From: Basidiobolus meristosporus CBS 931.73
Lineage: Eukaryota; Fungi; Basidiobolomycota
DNA: 64,000 nt
Direction of reading: 5' to 3'
Assembly: GCA_002104905.1 (NCBI GenBank)
Contig: MCFE01000103.1
Span: 1-64,000, forward strand
Under the pieces are notes generated by a model. That model did not search any database and was not told the DNA's origin. It was given only the letters and a program-made list of their open reading frames with translations. This document shows, piece by piece, positions 58,704 to 64,000 of the stretch; the stretch's first letter is position 1; each line of letters starts with the position of its first letter. Position numbers and translations under genes: made by a program.

Positions 58704-61700
58704 TGTTATGATCTGCCGCTTGAAGGTTGAAGTTAGATCAGTTTTTAGTCAAATCAATTAGTTATATGTTTAGGTTATCAGTATATCAGTATTATCTATC
58801 AAATCAGCAGCATTAGTCAGCAAATGAACCAGCAGATCCTTATCAGACAGAAATAGAAATATAAGGTAGGATCTTATTGGGTGATGATGATGTAATCAAA
58901 TGAGTGATCCACTACAGCCTACATTAGGAAATACAATTAGTCATCAAATGATCTGGCAACATGTATATAAGGAGCTGATGGAACTTCAATAAATATCAGT
59001 TCAAGTTTTAGTGGGTACAATACTAGCTAAACTCTCTATTCCTCTACAGCTCACATACCAAGACTTGTAACATTGGTAGCAGTAATAACCAGAAACATCC
59101 CTCCTAAAGAACGAAGAAGCCTCCCTTGAGATGTCCAAAAATCAAGAATGGAAGAATGCTGTGCAACAAATCCTGGCCAAGCAGCAACAGTTACTCCAGA
59201 TACTTAGCCAGCAGCAACAAGGAATGACTACTGTGGCACAAAGCCAGCAAAACCATGTCAAGAGCAACTTTAGTGTGAAGGTCAACCAGTACCATGGTAG
59301 AGTCAATGAAAACCTGGGAACTAGGCTCTTCCAGATTGAAGAAGCTTTCAAGGCTAAGACTATTGTTCCAGAAAGCAAGTTACATTATGCAGCCTCTTAC
59401 CTGGCAGATGCAGCTTTACAGTGGTACCACAACATGATCAGTTAAGCCACCATGATGGGATGCTCTACAATCTATCTATGGTATAGGTTTGTGTCAGAAA
59501 CTCAGGATGCCTTTGGGCCCTGACACCAACAGTTACTGCTAAGAAGAAAGTTGAAGACAATCAGCCAGAAAGGAATGGTCCAAGAGTACATCTATGAATA
59601 TAGATGACTAATTGAGCAAAATGAAAGAATGGACCCTCTGGATCAAGTTGAATACTTTATTGATTGGTTGAAAGAAAAAACTTGTAAGAAAGTGAATTAT
59701 TAAAGACCAAAGACTATTGAGGAAGCCATCAAGATTGCCATTGACCATGACTCAGCTATGCTTGGAGTTGGGAAGCCCACAACAACTAATCAGAGAGGCT
59801 ACAATTGCTATGAAAGAAGACAATCAGAAGTAGTGCCAATGGAAATAGACACTATGCAGAAGAATCCTACCACAGAAGAATGTAAGAAGAAAGGACTTTG
59901 TTTCAATTGCCACCAGCAGGGACGTATTGCAAAGTACTGCCCTCAGAGAAGAAATGGAAACCAGCCATCAAGTACCTTTAACCATATTGAGGCCATGGAG
60001 CATAGTAACATGGAGGAGGAACTTGAAGAAGACTCAGAACTCACCTTCCATATGACAGAAGAATACCTATCCCAGATGACCTCAAACTCAGGAAAGCTAT
60101 TATACTTGAATGGAGTAATCCATGGAGTACCTGCCAAAATGCTGATTGACTCAGCAGCATTGCATGAGTACATGTCAGAGCAATTTGCTTTGAAAGCTGG
60201 AATCAACTTAGAATCCATCAAATCAACTTCAGTCTCTACAACTGATGGGAACTGTCACATAATGAACCATATTACTCAGCCAGTAAGGATGAAGATCAAT
60301 GACTATAAAGAAGAGCTACAGGCCTATATATTTGGGAATTGCAAGTTTGACCTTGTACTTGGGAAAACCTGGCTATTTTGCCGTAATCCATCAATCAACT
60401 GGAGAAGCCATGCTACTCAGATGCAGAAGGACAACAAGACATATGAGCTTTTGCCAGCCAGACTGGATTTTAACTTGGTCAATTCCAGTATGTGTGAAAC
60501 AAGTGAACTTAGCAAGACACAGTTCTGTAGAGCACTAAGAAAAGGCACCCATATGTTCCTTATGGCAGTATTACAGGAGGATTCCTCTACTCCAGTGCCC
60601 CAGAAGGTCCAGACTCTTTTGAAGGAATATTTAGACATATTTCCAGAAGAGCTTGTAAGCCTACCCTCAGTCAGAGATGTGAATCATGCCATTGACACAG
60701 GTGATAGCCCCCCAGTGAGTAAGACACCTTACAGAATGAGTCCATGAGAGTTGGAAGAGATGAAGAGACAAATAGATCAGTTACTGGAGCAAGGATATAT
60801 CAGACCCAGCAAGTCACCATGGGGAGCACCAGTTCTTTTTGTGAAGAAGAAGGATGGTACACTTAGGATGTGCATTGACTACAGAGCCCTCAGCTCAGTT
60901 ACCATGAAGAATAAGTACCCCATACCTTGGAATGATGAGCTGTTGGACCAACTCAATGGAACCACTATTTTCAGCAAGATTGACCTCATGTCAGGATACA
61001 ACCAGAATAGGGTGAAGCCAGAAGACATCCGTAAGACAGCATTCAGGATAAGATATGGACATTACAAGTAATTGGTCATGAGTTTTAGCCTCACCAATGC
61101 CCCTGCAACATTCATGACCCGGATGAAGACTATCTTCCAGGAGTACTTAGACAAGTTTGTCATAATCTACCTAGATGATATTTTGATATACAGCAAGACA
61201 GAAGAGGATCACTTGGTGCACATTGAAATGGTCTTGAAAAAGCTAAGAGAGAACAAGCATTATGGCAAGCTACCCAAGTGTGAATTCTGCAAGTAACATG
61301 TTGAATATCTGGGACACATAGTGACTAGCACAGGAGTAACCTTAGACTCTAAGAAGGTTGAAGTTATCAAGAACCTGAAGCAGCCCCATAGTATATCAGA
61401 GCTCAGATCATTCCTTGGAATGGTTTCCCATTATTGGAGATTTGTCAAGTCCTTTGCAAGTATTGCAGCCCCTTTAAGTGATATCCTCAAGAAAGACAAA
61501 CCTACATGTGAGATATAGCTTGTGAAACTGCCTTCCAGATGCTCAAGAATGAACTTGCTAAGCTGCCAAGCTTAAGAATACCTGACTTCAGAAAAAAGTT
61601 TACTCTTTGCACAGATGCTTCAGATTATGCAATTGGTGGAGTCTTGACGCAAGAATACAGGGGAAAGAACTACCCTGTTGCCTTTGAATCCAAGAAACTG

Positions 61701-63639
61701 AACTTAGCACAATAAAACTATCCACTGCATGAGAAGGAGATGCTTGCTATATTCCACTGTTTGAAGACATGGAGATGCTATATGGAAGGAGTCAAATGCA
61801 CTGTAAAGACTGATCATGCCTCCCTCACGTACATATTTACTCAGAAGGTACTCTCTAGAAGAATGACAAGATGGAGTGAATACATTCAGCAATTTAACTT
61901 GGAGATTGTCTACTGCCCTGGAAAAACAACACAGCTGTTGACACCTTATCAAGATTAGATCAAGTTGCACAACTCAACTTGGTGCATGAATCAGATTGGC
62001 CTAGCTGATTACCAAAGTACTTGGAGGACAAAGCCATTCTTAATAAGGTGAATGAAGATATCAAGAAGATAATCCAGGATGAAGCCAGCAAGTTTGTAGT
62101 ACAGGATGAAACACTCTACCAAATTGTTGATGGAAGCCCTATTGCCTATTGCCCTTATGTTTCTAACCTGGATTTAATACATAAGCTACACAATGGATAT
62201 GGACATCCTGGAATTGAAGGAACCTATAGCCTTGTGAAAGCCAGAGCATGGTGGCCCAGAATGAAACATGACATTGAGAAGCTAGTAAAGACATGCCCAA
62301 ATTGCAAAATTAACCAAGGCCAACCACAGAGAATAGATGAACTCTTTCCCTTGGAGCCTGTAAGACCACTTGAAAGATGGGGAATTGACTTTATTGGCAC
62401 ACTGCCAACTACCAGGAAATGCAACCGCTGGTTCCTAGTAACAATTGACCATGCCACTAAATGGCCAGTGGCTAAAGCTGTACCTATAGCCAGTAAGCAA
62501 GAAGTTGCAAGTTTCATCTACCATGAGCTCCTTATTTAGTTTAAATGCACTGTGGAGATTCTATCCAATAGAGGTGCAAACTTTATGGCAAAGACATTGG
62601 AAGCTTACTGGGAAATGCAGCAGATCAAACACTTGAAAACTTTGGCATATCACCTCAGAACTAATGGAGTCACTGACAGTTTAATGGATCATTTGGAAAA
62701 ATGCTGACCAAGTATGCAAATGGAGTTGTCAGTAGATGGGAAGAGTATATAGACCAAGCACACTTTGCATGCAAAGTCAGAGTATACAACACCACCCAGC
62801 AATTGCCACATAACTTAGTGTATGGATGTGAACCAAGGATTCCAAGAGATCACACATAACAAATGCTTACAGACACCTTAGAAGATGAACTCAGTCAGCC
62901 AAGTAGACACCAGCAACTGGAACAAATATGTCAAGAGGCACAGACTAAAGTATCTCAGAGTGCAGAAAAGATGAAGCAGAGATTTGATAAGACTATAGCA
63001 CCAGAAGCATTGACGGTTGGGAACTTTGTATTGCTAAGAAACAACACTTGGAAGAAGTTTGAGCCACAATGGACAAGACCATTCAAGATCATCAGAGAAT
63101 GTTCATTTGCAACTTATCAACTAGTGGACAAACAAGGCAATATCCAGGAAGACTTAGTGCATGGGGACAGACTTAAGCTTTCAAAACTTACTGATAATAC
63201 TGAACCATCAATATATTGATATTTCAAGAAAAGAAATTCAGGAGAACCCTCTCAACTTTAGCAAGGGAGAATATTATGATCTGCCACTTCAAGGTTGAAT
63301 TTAGATCAGTTTTTAGTCAACTCAATTAGTTATATGTTTAGGTTATCAGTATATCAGTAGTATCTATCAAATCAGTAGCATTAGTCAGCAAATGAATCAG
63401 CAGATCCTTATCAGACATAAAAGAGGTATTAGGTAGGATCCTATTGGGTGATGATGATGCAATCAAATGAGTGATCAGCCACTGTCCATATCAGGAAATA
63501 TAATTAGTCAGCAAATGATCTGGCAACATGTATATAAGGAGCTGCTGGAGCCTCAATAAAGATCAGTTCAAGTTTTAGTGAGTACAATACTAGCTAAACT
63601 ACCTATTCCTCTACAACTCATATACCAAGACTTGTAACA
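58704..63639 (+). mobile_element. Two-LTR Ty3/Gypsy element D, decayed, 4-bp TSD AATG
   Basis: LTRs 58704-59072 and 63272-63639; PBS-like TGGTAGCAG 59074; PPT AGCAAGGGAGAA; gag (AASYLADAALQWY), CFNCHQQGRIAKYC, protease LIDSA, RT ([29 protein letters not shown]), RH (TDASDYAIG), INT (HNGYGHPG..CPNC, ERWGIDFIG, WTRPF); several stops; no chromodomain. Confidence 0.95.
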
Positions 63640-64000
63640 AATGCATTGCTTCAATATCTAAGTTTGATCAAATTATAGTGAAATCAATTAGTTATATGTT
63701 TAGCCTATCAGTATATCTGTATTATGCATTCAATCAGTAGTATAACTCAGCAGATAAATCAGCAGGCCATATCACCCAGAAATGGATGCATTGAGAAAGA
63801 TCTAATTGGGTAATGATGATGCAATCAAATGAGTAATTACCATAACCTCTATTAGGAGATACAATTAGTCAGCAATTGATCAAGCAAACTCTATATCAGC
63901 AGCTGCTAGTGCCTCAATAGAGATCGGTACAAGTACTAGTGAATACAACACTAGTTAAACACCTTATACCTCTACAATCCATTTATCAAGACTTGCAACA

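Noticed and set aside
63644-64000. Window ends exactly on an LTR terminus (…GCAACA)
   Set aside because: Cannot distinguish coincidence from an assembly break without flanking sequence; the downstream TSD cannot be checked.

Overview
Eukaryotic DNA from an intron-rich fungus. An early-diverging, Basidiobolus-like lineage is an inference from gene style, not an identification. The window has two sharply different halves. (1) About 0.4-31.4 kb is gene-dense and CpG-rich: a bacterial-type alpha/beta hydrolase, a head-to-head pair of cullin-1 genes, PIG-X, YAF9, TSR3, an intronless transketolase, 14-3-3, a small secreted 8-Cys protein, CDC7, mitochondrial SerRS, NOC3, PIG-Y-like, an EBP-type sterol isomerase homolog, a coiled-coil/Myb protein and a Ppn2-like metallophosphoesterase. 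(2) About 33-64 kb is a nearly CpG-free stack of decayed, nested transposons (Copia, Gypsy, CACTA/CMC-type), with four insertions confirmed by target-site duplications. The most striking feature is the cullin locus. An old, N-terminally rewritten CUL1 paralog faces canonical CUL1 across a 643-bp shared promoter. The two share about 1.2 kb of near-identical inverted sequence, including six introns, that ends at the NEDD8-acceptor lysine codon. This indicates recent gene conversion and creates a potentially invertible cassette that could swap N-terminal and C-terminal modules. All calls were made by reading the sequence; no database searches were run. Multi-exon CDS coordinates are gene spans.
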